DNA from: Batkoa obscura
Lineage: Eukaryota
Assembly (NCBI GenBank): GCA_030770535.1
Contig: JASVEC010000027.1
Location: 310,001 to 374,000 of the forward strand
Direction: 5' to 3'
Length of the DNA stretch: 64,000 bases
Shown here: piece by piece, positions 1 through 14,581 of the stretch
Numbering within the stretch: position 1 is the first letter of the stretch
Layout of the letters: each line of letters starts with the position of its first letter
Notes under the pieces: generated by a model
Told to the model about the DNA's origin: nothing
Databases searched by the model: none
The model's input: only the letters and a program-made list of their open reading frames with translations
Made by a program: the position numbers and the translations under genes

Positions 1-1696
1 AGTTAAAATGTTAGAAAATTTAGAAAGTTATTTAAATTTATTAAGTCAAGATGCATTAAGCGAGTAAGTTTAATATACTATTAATATTAAAGTTATTTAT
101 TAATTATTATTGTTATTATACAGAGATTGGTATTTACAATCTTTTTTAAATGAAAAAAACATTAAATTAGTATTAAATGAATATCAAAATCAACAAAAAA
201 TTAATCTAGTAGAACAAGATTATTTAAAATCTTCCATTTATATGGGATTTGAGTATTTAATTAATAATAATAATAATAATTTTTTAAATGATTTGGATTT
301 AAAAAAAGAAGATTTAATAATTGAGGTAATCTATAACATTTATTTAATAATGATAATTGATTTTAATTTATCAATTATTTTATTTAGTCTATACCAACAT
401 TATATGAAAGTTTAATGTCCTTTTGGGTAGAAACATATTCGAATGTGTTGATTAATACAACTAGAATTAATTACTCAGAAGATTTAAAGTGCTTAAATTG
501 TATATTAAAATTAATTTTATGGATTTGGAGATATCAAATTCATCAAATCAAAGATTTCAAAGTAAATTTAATTTAATTTAATTAATATTTTACAATAATT
601 AATTAATTGATTCATTTCTATTTTATATAGAATTTATCAACACAATTTTCAAGTTTAAAAAAATTTGTATTACCTTATTTTCCATTTGCTTCGGACATGA
701 CATTGTCACAAGATTCAAGAGTAATTTTAATTCATTATAATAATATTATTATAACAAGGTTAATCTTAACCCTTTATATTTAGGTATCAACGATTATATT
801 AGAAATGAATATAATGGTCACTGAAATCTCTGGGTTATATTTATTAATTTATAAAGAAGTGGATTCTAAGTTATTTCAACGTATATTTGAACATTTATTA
901 ACTATATTAAGTTACAAAAAAGATTCAATACAAAGTATTTCATTAAATTATTTTAATTCAATTTTACCTTCTTTAGCTTGGTTTTTAAATTCAGGAGATA
1001 AAAAAACAATTGGAATTTTATTAGAGGTAATAAATATAAATATAAATATAAATATATTTATATATCATGATATTAATAATACTAATAATATTGATAATAA
1101 TTAGGCTGTAATTGATTTTTCAATTTATTGTATAAATACTGAAGTACAATATGAATGTATTCGATTTTTAAGTAAAATAATTCAATTACAATCTCATCCC
1201 GATTTTAATGGCACAATTAAATTATTTCAAGTTTACAATGAAAAAGATGAAATTATTTTAAATTGGATTATTAAATTAATGAAGTTATTAACTAATAATT
1301 TATTAAATAAATCATCTAATGAAATGAATAAAGTAAGTATTTTTATTTAATATATAAATTATAATTTATTTTATAAATTTCATTTTTTTATAGGTAATTA
1401 TTAAATTATGGTTTCATATTATTAGGTTTGAAAACATTGATAATATATTAATACCAATTCAAAATTCACTTATTGATTTATTTATAATCAAAGATCAATC
1501 GATTCCATTATTCAATTTAAATCAAGAAGATTTACAATTGTTTTTTAATTCATTTTCTTTTATGTTAGGATTATCCAAATCACTTTATAGTCAATTTAAT
1601 CAACTTAAAAAAAATATTAATGAGTTCAAAAATAATCAAAATATTGAACAGATAAGCGTGAACGGTTTAATTAAGGTATTGGATAATATTCCATAA
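1..1696 (+). CDS. IPI1/TEX10-like pre-rRNA processing protein, multi-exon, 5' end outside the window
   Basis: Spliced reading frame (ORF pieces 110-415 and 805-1104) ending ...KVLDNIP* at 1694-1696. It is colinear with the degraded paralog at 28703-31351, whose N-terminus resembles Ipi1/TEX10, so the product call is indirect. Confidence 0.6.
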
Positions 1697-2367
1697 CTTT
1701 TTTTAATATTTAAATATACAGATATCATAGATTAAATTATAGATTAAATTATAGATTTATTTTTTATTTTTATTAGTTATTAAATTGTTAAATTAAATTA
1801 ATAATAATGGTATTTTACTTTATTTTATTTTATTTCTTAATATATTTATATTTACAAATGTAAAATTATAATGTCCATTAATTTTTTTTACTCTTGAAAA
1901 GCTGATGCCTCAAGTATTTTATTAACTAAAATAAAAGCAAAATATTTAAATTAATGAATTTAAGGGATAAAGGCATTAATAGGAACAGTCTGTTAAGGTA
2001 GGAAGCAAATCCAGTATTTGTCTACCTTTGGAAGAAACAGCAAGATAAAATGAGATCTATTTTACCTCTATTCTCCAGATAGAGTCCCACATAATAATGA
2101 GAGTGGGGGCTAGAGGGGAGATAATTCTCACTGGAAGGGTTAAGCCATAAATCTGTGTAATTTTCATATAAGGTCCATAATCTAGTAGAGAAGATAAGGA
2201 CTTTAGAATAATTAGATAAATTTTAATTAAAAAAAACTTTTAGTTTCGAAGAAGTTGAAAAATAGTAAAATGAGTGTTTTTAAAAATATCAATTTTTAAT
2301 ATTTTAAATATACACTAAAAAATTAACACGATAATCTAAAAAAAATAATTCAATTCATGATAAATAT

Positions 2368-2464
2368 GAGGGTGTTTTTTTTACTTCATCACTTTTTCCA
2401 TCTTTTAAGCGCTATTTGAGCGGAAAAACTGTTAGTAAAATTCTTAAACAAAAAAAACATACCT
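2368..2464 (+). mobile_element. ~100-bp MITE (Sola-like family), copy A
   Basis: gagggtgttttt...aaacatacct flanked by ATAT on both sides; conserved core ttttaagcgctatttgagcggaaaaa. Confidence 0.85.
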
Positions 2465-2858
2465 ATATACTAAAATATTTTAAAAAATATTAGTTGCTAC
2501 TACTGAATTTAGTTTTTCATCAATGTTCATAATATATCAACTTAAAAGAAATGGCACCAATTAATTTTCTCAGTCATAGAACGATGTAGCTTATATAAGG
2601 ATGGTTTTTTGATTTCATTTATTTATTTCATTTTGATTTATCATGATCACTAAATTTTTTAGCCATTAAATACTGAAACAAAAAAGATGCTTATATATTT
2701 CATTAAGCGGATTAGGCACCAAAAATAGTATACGCCTTTTATAATTAATTTCCTGATTTTCTAAGGGATTTTTTTGAAATTCTACCTAAAGTTGAATTTT
2801 TAATATTAAAACGTTTGCGTAATTAAGTTCTATTTTGTTTAACCAAACAATGCTATAT

Positions 2859-2957
2859 GGGGATGTATTTTTTTGTTTAAGAATTTTACTAACAATCTTT
2901 CCGTTGAAATAGTGCTTAAAAGATGGAAAAAATAATGAAGCCAAAAAAAACACCTCC
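2859..2957 (-). mobile_element. MITE copy B
   Basis: ggggatgtattt...aaacacctcc with ATAT duplication; inverted relative to copy A. Confidence 0.85.
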
Positions 2958-3985
2958 ATATAGTCTTTTTAGCATATTTCGATATTTCAAACAACTTGAT
3001 ATTTTAGTTAATAACTTTTTGAATATATTTGAGTTTTATAAGTTGTTTTGATGATAAGTTAATGTGGATAATTTTAAATACAACTACGTTATTAATTTAG
3101 TCTCATGCAGCTAAATTCAATCCTAGAATTAAGGGTCTTATATTAATAATTTAGTCATTTGATGCTTTCAAAGTTAAAGTACAGCTGGTATGAAATAATA
3201 TACCATCTTAATTGAGAAATTGTCTTAAGTTGAAGGTGTAAGCAAACAGTTTACTAAATGGTTTAAATAATAGTCATAATCCTTTATAACAGAGTTAAAA
3301 TAATACCATCAAAAATTAATATAGTCAAGTATACTTTATTGAAATATTTCAAATAATAATAAAAAAGAATAAAAATAGAAAGTAAGAACCGACTTTATTT
3401 TATTTTATTCACTTTTTTATTGAAACTTTACATCAAAAATGGCTAATCATGTTTCTTTATAGTAATATTATAATTCTTTTATTGAGAAACTACAAAGACT
3501 GAGGTTTAGGCTCTTTTGATAAACTGTTGAGTAAGGCCATCAACTTGAAAGTAATTTCATTATGAAGGTGCTGAATTTATAACAAAAAGCCAGCTAAAAA
3601 TGAAATATAGAACCATACTGATTTAAAAAGTCAGTGTCCTCCATCAATTTTAGAAAGTAGGTATTATCAATATCAATAAAGAATTGAATTCATAATATTA
3701 AGGTAGTATTTTCTAATAAAAACTAACATATACACCTTAATAGACAGCTTATTGAAGGGCATAAAAACAACAGGTATAGCTTTAACATTTGACATTGATT
3801 TTATTCATTTAACCTTAATGACCATTATAAATCTTATCAAAAAGCTTAATAAAAAAAGAAATCTTCTAATTCGCATAAAGTTCAGGAGAACTTGGAAAAA
3901 GAATCCCTGAAAGTACTAAGCAACTTTAAGCCAATCTAAGCTGGGTTATAATTAATGTTTCATTAGAACCAAAAAAATTAGAGTG

Positions 3986-5791
3986 ATGTTTATAAATGAA
4001 TGGCTTTTAAAAAAAATAAAAGAACTGTATAAAAATTTATTGGATTTATTACTTGAAATGGATAAATATTTATTTGTAATAGATTCTGCTTCATTTAAAA
4101 ACAAAGTAACAAATCCAAGAGGCCCAAGGCCAAAAGTATGTGATCGATGTAATTTTCGTAAAGTCAAATGTGTTAAAGAAGCTGAGAACTGTAACAATTG
4201 TATTAAGTCTGGGTTGAGTTGTACATATGAACGATGGAAAAAAAAAGAAAAAGATTCGGATAAGGGCTTAATTACCACGAGTAATAAAGTAAATTCAAAT
4301 AAACGAATAAAAGTATACACAATTAACGATAACAATTCTAATGCAATTAAATTATCTTTTGTAAATAAAGGAATTTGGACCAAGTGCTTTATCAATTCCA
4401 TCGGGGAGCAAATTTATTTAGGCAACAGTATGGCGACGTTTTATTTTATATCTAATTCATATATGTTACTTAAAAAAAGAAAAGCAATATCAAATACACT
4501 TCAATTATCAATACCTTTATTAAAACTCAAAAGTAAATTTGAAATAAGATTAGATTCGAGATTGATATTTCAGTTAATAGTTATTTATTTTGCAAGAGTA
4601 AACCGTTTATTCCCAGCAACTAATAAAAATCGATTTTTTAAATTATTAAAAAAAAACGATCAACGTCCTTCCTTTTTAGCTTTACTAACAGCAGTTTGTT
4701 TAACTGGGGTAGCATTTTATCCGGATAGAGACTTAGCAAAAATGGTCTCAAATAAGCTTTCTGAGACCTTTTTATTTTATATGCGGCAATGTTATACAAA
4801 ACCAGACTCATTGGTTCTTCAAGCATGTACAATTGCTTCATATCATACCAGTTTAACAACATCCGATTCAGCCCTTACTTATTGTTGGCAGATATTAGGT
4901 ATTGCTCATCGAGTGTTTATACAACGTGGACTTCATGTACCAAATGGTTTAAAAAAAAGTAAAAATCAAACATTAGAAAAAACATATCAAATATCAACAA
5001 TGGCAGAAGTTATACTTGGATATTGTTTTGGTAGAGCGTATTATCCACCTTTTTGTTATGAATTATTTAAAATTCAAAAAGAAATATTACCATTTGAAAG
5101 CTTTTTAGATGCTGGAAACTGTTTAATGAGTATTATGGATAATATTAGATTGCATATTGAACCATTTACGCCACCAATTATTAATAAGTTTTCATTATCA
5201 TGCATATTAAACGATAAATCGAATAATCCGTTGAAATCTCTTAGGAGTTATAACAAATATAAAGAGATAGAAAATTCAATAGTGAAATGGTATCAGCAAT
5301 TTATACACAGCTTTGAGAATAAAGTTAAATTTAGTGTGTATGAGATAAAAATGGATAGCGATGGAGTATTAATGCTATTCTTTCTTTCAGTTATTGTAGA
5401 TTTGAATCGACCTTTCATAACTCATAACGATACACTTAATTTCACTAATGAAATATTTAAAGAAAGTATATTAATCAGTACTTACTTTGAAGCATTTAAT
5501 CCATTTGAAAAAGTATTTTATGCTTCTGTTCTTGGTACCCATCTTTTAAAATCAAATGCTAAAATAATTGATTCTTCGCTTCCAATGCACTGGTATGCAT
5601 TCTTACAATTTAGTTTCATATTTGTATTGGCTTTAGATAAAATTGATTTAAAAGAAGCTTTATTAAGGAAAACTACTAAAGAATATCTCTTATTTTATTA
5701 TGATCTATTTAATGAAAGATCAAATCAATGGGTTATTATGAAAGACATATTTTTAGTTTCTAAGCCATTTATTGAATCTTATTTAAAATAA
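3986..5791 (+). CDS. Zn(II)2Cys6 fungal transcription factor with fungal-specific TF middle domain
   Basis: CDRCNFRKVKC-x6-CNNC-x6-C binuclear cluster; YF..VN..FP motif of the middle homology region; intronless ORF. The true start may be the ATG at 4058. Confidence 0.9.
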   Translation: MFINEWLLKKIKELYKNLLDLLLEMDKYLFVIDSASFKNKVTNPRGPRPKVCDRCNFRKVKCVKEAENCNNCIKSGLSCTYERWKKKEKDSDKGLITTSNKVNSNKRIKVYTINDNNSNAIKLSFVNKGIWTKCFINSIGEQIYLGNSMATFYFISNSYMLLKKRKAISNTLQLSIPLLKLKSKFEIRLDSRLIFQLIVIYFARVNRLFPATNKNRFFKLLKKNDQRPSFLALLTAVCLTGVAFYPDRDLAKMVSNKLSETFLFYMRQCYTKPDSLVLQACTIASYHTSLTTSDSALTYCWQILGIAHRVFIQRGLHVPNGLKKSKNQTLEKTYQISTMAEVILGYCFGRAYYPPFCYELFKIQKEILPFESFLDAGNCLMSIMDNIRLHIEPFTPPIINKFSLSCILNDKSNNPLKSLRSYNKYKEIENSIVKWYQQFIHSFENKVKFSVYEIKMDSDGVLMLFFLSVIVDLNRPFITHNDTLNFTNEIFKESILISTYFEAFNPFEKVFYASVLGTHLLKSNAKIIDSSLPMHWYAFLQFSFIFVLALDKIDLKEALLRKTTKEYLLFYYDLFNERSNQWVIMKDIFLVSKPFIESYLK

Positions 5792-5927
5792 AACAATTTC
5801 TTTTACGTTTTAATATTTGTTTATGTTTTACAATGACATTACATAAATAAAATTGAAAAATAAAATTAAAAGTTAAAAAATAAAAAAAATAGTTATTGTA
5901 TTGTGCAAAATATTACAAAAATCAATC

Positions 5928-7300
5928 TTATTTAACTAAACTACTAGCCCATTTTTCCATGTCTACTTGAGTCTTACTTGCTTGAACAATATAATCATCA
6001 CACTAAAATAATCAACTTAAATTTTTTAATTATAAATTAAAACTTACCAACAAAACTTTAGGATTTGGTCTATTTTCAATATCTTTAATTAAACTAAACA
6101 AAAATAATGTTATGACTGTTAATAATATACATATATATACTTACGTTCCTTCGATAAATTTAATAAAGGCATCTGGAAAGCTACCTTTTGGTGGGATAGG
6201 AGCTGGTTCATTTATAATAAACTCTAGTAATTCAAATACGGATAAGGGTGAACCATCTGGTGGGAATGGAAATTTCCCTTGAGCAAGTTCAAGTAGAGTT
6301 ATACCTAAACTCCATACATCTGATTTTACAGTATAACTTGATCCCTTAATACGTTCTGGCTATTATTTATTTTAATATCGTTTAAGTTTAAGTTATAAAT
6401 TAATTTACCGACATATACGCGCTTGTACCAACAAATGTATTTGCTACCGAATTGATAACTTCTCCAGATACTCCAAAATCACAAATCTTAATTAAACCTT
6501 GAGAATTGAGTAAGATATTCGAAGGTTTAACATCTTAATTCATAAAAATTAAATATACTTTGCAAAAATTATTAACTAAAATTAAATACCACGATGAATG
6601 ATTCTATGTGAATCGTAAAGATAGATTAATCCATTTAGCACCTAATAATGATAATATAAATAAAACTATTATATTTTCATCCTTAAATCAAATTTACCGC
6701 TATTGCTACTTTACCGACCACATCAGTAGGTATAGGTCCAAATTTTTTGTAAATATTATCAAAAGACCTAAATAAAACCAATAATGAAACGATACTATTA
6801 TAAATAGTAGCTAAAACCTACCCTAAATCCATAAACTCTAGACATAAAGCAATATTTCCTTTTTGGTTAAAAGCACCATAAAACGAAATAATATTATCAT
6901 GGTTGCAGTCATGTAAGATTTGTAACTCTCTTAAAATTTGTTTTCTTACTTCTGGTGAAGCTTCAACCCTAATAAGCTTTAAAAATGATTAATTATCCTT
7001 ATTTATGCAATACAAATAGCGTAATTTAAACTAAAAACCAAAATTAATAAAATAATTAAACTCTTTACTTACTTTTTTTGCCATTATTTTTTTAGTAGGT
7101 AAATGAAGCGCTCTTGAAACGGTGCCACCGTTACCAGCACCAAGTTCTTCTAAAACTTCCACATCTTCAATACGTAAATCAAGTCTTAATTCAACCCCTA
7201 ATTCAAGATCTGGTAAAGGCGGCTCAGCTTCAATACTTTGTTTGGGTGCATCTGGTAAGGCTAATCCCTTAAAATTACGTTTTTTCTTTAATCCGCTCAT
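5928..7300 (-). CDS. STE7: MAP kinase kinase, Ste7/Byr1/MEK-like, multi-exon
   Basis: N-terminal docking motif [58 protein letters not shown]; ends WASSLVK*. Confidence 0.9.
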
Positions 7301-7762
7301 TTAAATTAAAAATTTAACTTTTGCTTTCTCCAAATTTAAATAGAATTTCAATTTCAATTTTAGCACTTTAGACTTACCAACTCTAAAGTTATTGGCTATT
7401 GTAAATCCTTGTTTTGATTATAACCAATTGCTAGCCTCAATTTTGAATCTCACTTACGTTTATATACTACTATATGATAAGCGAAGTTTGTTAAGTAACT
7501 ACTCATTTATATATAGAACTTTATAATAATATTTGGTTTAAAGCGGAGATTTAGCTTAACCTGATTCATATCATTTATAGTAGCAGTTTATCGTTCTATT
7601 CAATTTTTTTTTTAAAAATGGCTGACTAAAAATTATTTTCAAATACCACATTTGAAAGATCAAATCTAAACTCCAGCAATTCTTTTGGGCAATTCTTAGC
7701 TTATTACTCAATTTTTTTTCATTTTTAGTTTATTTTATTTCAATTGAATTATTTTTTATCAA

Positions 7763-8409
7763 ATGGGTAAAGCACGTCGTAGAGTCCAAGTTAAAACCAA
7801 AAAGAAGGTGGATATCAGTGCCAAGGGTCCATTCGTAGCTAAGAATGCGATTAAAGTGAATTTAGATGAAGTAAATAGTTCAATAGCTAAAATTTGAAAA
7901 TATTAATTATGAATAGAAAAATGAAGTAGAAGAAAATGAAGTAGAAGAAAATGAAATAGAAACTCATGAAGTTAAACAACTGATTAGTAAAAAAATGAAA
8001 AGGAAACTCAAGCATGAAGAGTTCAAAAAGAGTAAGTTTATCGTTTTTATTACAAGATTATGATTAATAGTTAGAATTTGAAAAGAAAAATTTGAATAAA
8101 AGTGGAGTTTTAAATGACTTTGGTTCATTGAGAAAAACTATTAAGGAAATTAAGCAAGCGAGTGATGGTACTAAAGAAAGTAAAAACAGCGAATACTTTA
8201 ATGAAAATAGAATGGATAATAATAAAAAGTTGAATAAGGCTAGGTAATTTTAATAATTGAATTTATATTAATTTAAATCTTAAACCAAATCAAATAGAAA
8301 AATGGAAATGGAAAGGTTTAATTTAGTCCTAAACCATAACGCTTTTGTTAATGATCCTTTAAAAACGGTACAAATGCATTTAGCCAATACATTTAACAAA
8401 GAGAAATAA
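7763..8409 (+). CDS. SLX9: Ribosome biogenesis protein Slx9-like, 4 exons
   Basis: Starts MGKARRRV; SKKMKRKLKHEEF; C-terminal ERFNLVLNHNAFVNDPLKTVQMHLANT matches the SLX9/FAM207A signature. Confidence 0.75.
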
Positions 8410-8525
8410 TTGTAGACTTTTTTATAGACTAGCTTTTTATTAAATAAATGAGTATTTTTGATTTGAGTATTTTTGATTTATTTTAGTTTAAATCTAGTAA
8501 AAATAAAAGCTTTCTTTGTTTTGCT

Positions 8526-9506
8526 ATGGCTAACTTTAATGTGATAGAAGCTTTAAAAAATAGACAAGATGAGGATAAAGCAAATGGAATATTAATTAAG
8601 TTGGCTAAACATGTAAAATAATTTAATATATATAAAGTCGTAGAATGTTTATAATTTTAGGTAGAGCCTATAATGAAAAAAAGAAATTGGAATGTAAATA
8701 AATTAAAAGAGTTTTACCCGAAAAAACTGTTGTTAGGTAGATAGATTTAATAATATGGATGGATTTAGTAAATAAAAAATAGGAATGAATGTTAATAAAA
8801 CAGAGGTTATTTATATTCGATTGAGAGAATTTCGTGATTTTAAAGTATTTATCAATTATTGGGATCTGCTAGGCACCTTATTGCATGAGTAAATAAATTT
8901 ATAATTTAAGCTAATCCTATATTAATTCTTATTTTAGGTTAGTTCATATAAGTAAATTTTATTATATTATGTTACATTATATATACTTATTCTAAAATAG
9001 TCCATGGACCACACGATCAAAGATTTTATGAGTTATTAATGGAATTAAAACACGAAGTAGTTAAAATTATAAATGAGCCAAACGGATCAAAATTTAAAGG
9101 AACTGGGTATAAATTAGGTAGTATTAAAGCTACCAAAAAATATTTTTATGGAAAGGGAAATAGGTTGAGTGAGACTACTAATAGTAAAACTAGCTTGATT
9201 GTTGGTAAAAAGTATACCTTAGTCAGTCATGATTTGAGAATTTTTTTTCAACATTTCAAGCCTTTTTCAAACCCATGTAGCGAAGATAGTGAATCAATAA
9301 TTATTGACAATCATAGTAATGATAATGAAAATAATGTAATAGATCTTATATCAGATGAAGAAAATGAACTTAATAATAATAGCAACAATAATGATTTATT
9401 TAGTTCTTATTGGGTATGTAGTAGCTGTACTTATAAAAATGAAATAAGCTACAAAGTATGTAAAATATGCAACAAAATAACAAAAGATATAATAATAATT
9501 TTATAA
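8526..9506 (+). CDS. WSS1: Wss1-like WLM metalloprotease with C-terminal RanBP2-type zinc finger, multi-exon
   Basis: VEPIMKKRNWNVNKLKEFYP; spliced LLHELVHIIHGPHDQRFY (HExxH); W-C-x2-C-TYKN-x6-C-x2-C; SIM-like VIDL. Confidence 0.88.
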
Positions 9507-9517
9507 AATTAAACTTG

Positions 9518-11047
<1,530 letters not shown>

Positions 11048-11540
11048 TGTTGATTATTTCCAATTTTGTTATATTTCAATTTATAATATCAAAATAAAAT
11101 TCATCAAAGTTCGTATTTTGATTTTTTTATACTACTTTTAACTAAGATAAAAAAGTAAGACACAATGAGATCATCTACCCTTAATTCTTTAGGTTTCAAT
11201 AACAAGAAATCTGCCGCTTTAAGCTTTTTTACGTAATAAATGTAATAGCCAATAATTTGTAGTTTCTTACATAATGGACATGATTGGGTTTATTATTTAT
11301 TAAATGTTCTTTGTTTTACATTGTTAAGTTGTTATTTAACTATCATTTTGTTATTTATTTCAATATATGATTTCAATGGTTTCTTGGTGAATTTAAAGCC
11401 TTTTGTTTTAGTTAGCTACATTTTTTTGAATAGAGTAGAATGGAATAGTATATTAAGTGTAAACTTAAAATAGATTTCTAAAAGCCTGAGTTTTATTAGC
11501 AATATTAATGAATTTAAAAACTTGTCAAAATTACTCAAAA

Positions 11541-11735
11541 AATTTGGATACAGTTGTTGCAGTCCTTTTGTAACTTAATTTAGTCCTCATTTAAGAGAAA
11601 AATTTGTTCAAATTACTAAAATATAAAAATAAAATTTTTAGAAAAATCAGCTATACAAATAATATGACTATAAAAATTACGCTATAAAAGTCGCAAAAGA
11701 GCTGCAAAAGAGCTGCAACAGCTGTAATCAATTTC
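11541..11735. repeat. Degenerate inverted repeat, possible MITE remnant
   Basis: aatttggatacagttgttgcagtccttttgtaac pairs imperfectly with gcaaaagagctgcaacagctgtaatcaatt. Confidence 0.45.
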
Positions 11736-12800
11736 GAAATGTAGCAAAAGTATTCCATTATCGCCATTTGTTTATTTTTTGAACTTTCTAAATATTATAA
11801 TTGGAGAAAAGTGGAGCTTCTCTTTGGATATATATATCTAAAACAGGCTTTTTTCAATTAAAATTTTATCATAAAATCCCAATATAACGCTATACTAGTC
11901 ACATTGGAAAATACTTGAATTGGGAAATGCATAGTATCAAGAAATTAGCATAGTAATTAAAATGTCAGTGTTAATTTTTGAACCTTTTCAAAAAATAATA
12001 GACCTGTAAAAGTAACATCTGTAGGCACCTCAAAAATTATAGAATAATAATACAAATACATCAGAATAATTTATACTTAGTTGTTTATGATATTATATAT
12101 AATATGGAAAATAATTATAATGGATTGATTTTTATAATAGTTTGTAATATTTTAAAATTCCCATATAAGCTATTAAATTTAAATGATAAAAATGAAATAG
12201 AAATATTTAAAGCAGCTTATTTATTTTTAATTAAAATGTTTGAACTAACAAAACTAACAAACCAATTGTAGTATGTGAATAGGTTATGACACTTTGCTAA
12301 ATTTTTATTTAATATTATAAAAACACAATTTAAATATATCAATTTATATTTATGATTAGAAAGTTATTTTACTTAATAAAACATTTACATCGTATCAAAT
12401 AGCAGAGCTATTACTTCAAATATCAACTTTATAACTAATGTAACTATAAAAGTTAAGTATATAATAATTAAATCAAGAGAAATTATCCATAAATAAAAAA
12501 TTTCTCCAATTTTTAAAACTATAATAAGTTCAGTTCCTCATGATTATTGATTGGTATGATTTTGTAGCTATTTGTTCTCTGTTACTATAATGATATCCTA
12601 TTTAATTGAGTTTATAAACTATTTAATTGAGCTTTAATTTAACAGTTGTATTTTTGCCTATAAAAAACAAGGATTATTGTAATTAGTAACAACGTTATTT
12701 ATGTCAGATTAGACTTGCTTATATAAAGGGAGATAAAACTATGTATATAGATAGGAAAAGATATAATAGTAACTATGAGATAGTATATTAATTAATATGT

Positions 12801-12900
12801 AAGGATGAATTTTTTTGTTTAAGAATTCTGTTAACAGTCTTTCTACTCAAATAGCGCTTAAAAAAATGGAAAAAGTAATAAAACCAAAAAAAACATCCTC
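12801..12900 (-). mobile_element. MITE copy C
   Basis: Same core (ctcaaatagcgcttaaaa...ggaaaaagt) ending acatcctc-ATAT. Confidence 0.8.
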
Positions 12901-13025
12901 ATATAAATAAAAGTATTTTAAATAGCAGTGGATAATATATTTTGAAGTACAAACAATCAAGTATGAAAATTGAAGCTAAAAAAAGTCAAAATAATAAAAA
13001 ATAAATAAATAGACTCATTTTATTA

Positions 13026-13399
13026 TTTACCAGTTCATAAAATAGAATTAACCAATCTGTTAGAACCAAAGATAGCGCCTAAAATACTTGGGTTTCTTTA
13101 ATATTGATATTGATATCGATATTGGGTTGAATAAGGTTGTTGATAATAACCATAATTATAATTAGGATAACCTCCATAACCTCCGCCATAGGGATAACCT
13201 CCATAAGGATTGTAAGGACCAAAAGTTTTAGCTCCTACTGAACTTGATTCAATATTGGTAGCAGCAGTTACCTTATTGGTATTAGCGGTAAAGAACTCAT
13301 TGTTAGTAGTAACTAATTGACTACCATCAGTAGTAGTATCAACTGGTAATGGGTTGACAGTGATGATAGATAATAAAAAAGTAGCAATAAATATTTCAT
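13026..13399 (-). pseudogene. Small secreted Gly/Tyr/Pro-rich protein, disrupted, copy 1
   Basis: Signal-peptide-like start with a frameshift after MKY; GPYNPYGGYPYGGGYGGYPNY; in-frame TAA and TGA before the terminal TGK*. Confidence 0.6.
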
Positions 13400-14136
13400 T
13401 TTTTTTGTTGATTGATTATATTGTATTTTTTCATATTTATGTACCTTTAATCATTATACTATTGTTATCTTTTAATATTATTCTATTTGATTAAAATGAA
13501 ACGTCCTTCGGGGACATGTATCAATAATTATTGTGTTATTATTATACTAATAAAATATAATATTATAAAATATTGCTTCTTATACAAATATATAGATATA
13601 TATAAATTCTAAGAGCGCCAAGGCTTCTTCCTTGTCATAAAAATAGGCTTTTATAAATTTTTTGTTTAAAATTTATTTCGAATCTAGAACGAAATTCTTA
13701 TTATTAAAATACATTAGTAACTAACATGTATTTCTATTATTTAAGAAACAATTTACCATTTTAATAAACATTAGACTTACTATTATATAAAAAAATTTAA
13801 GTTTATATAAATGTCTTTTTTAAATAATCATTTATTTTTTTCTTTAAAATAATTGGTTGAGTTTGAGAACTTGTTTAAAATTTTCAAATTTCCCAGCTTG
13901 ATTTTCATACTATAGATTTTAATAAAATTCAACTGTAAAAAATTAAACCTAGAGATAAAATTAATTGATTTATGTAATATCATTTGAACTTTTACAACTT
14001 ATGAATATAAAAAATATATCATAAAAAACTTGAAATAGTAAGATTAAATATCTTACATGTATAATATAGTAGCAAAAATAACAATAATAATTTTAAAGTT
14101 ATAATTAAAATATAAAATATAAATAAACAATGTTTA

Positions 14137-14581
14137 TTACTTTCCAGTACCTAAAATGGATTGGACTACACCCCAGGGCCAATAAGGGAGCCCAATACAC
14201 TTGGATTTTTTTTGGTAAGGGTAAGAATATAGATAATAACTACCATAAGTAGGATAACCGTTATAACCTTCGTAGCTTCCATATCCACTATAACCACTAT
14301 AACTACTGAAAGAATTAAACTATTTACTATCTACGGGTTTCTGATCACCATCAATAGCTGAGGCTACTTCATTGCTACTGATAATAGGAGATAACTGGTT
14401 ATCATTAGTAATGGGAAGTGATTTATCACTAGTAGTAACCAATGATACTAACAAACAATGGTTTATATTTATTATTGACATTGGTAAATGCCTTGTTAGT
14501 AACAATAATATCGGCATCAACTGATAATGAATTAACAGCGATGATAGATAATGAAGTGATGGTAATAAACAAATATTTCAT
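14137..14581 (-). pseudogene. Small secreted Gly/Tyr-rich protein, disrupted, copy 2
   Basis: MKYLFITITSLSIIAVNS signal peptide; frameshift; in-frame TAG at 14320; SYSGYSGYGSYEGYNGY; tail NPSVLGSLIG...VVQSILGTGK* homologous to copy 1. Confidence 0.6.

Noticed and set aside
3952..4862. Antisense ORFs over the Zn2Cys6 gene, and similar ones over STE7, PCF11, RasGEF and the 49278 gene
   Set aside because: Shadow frames of real coding sequence with no recognisable motifs.
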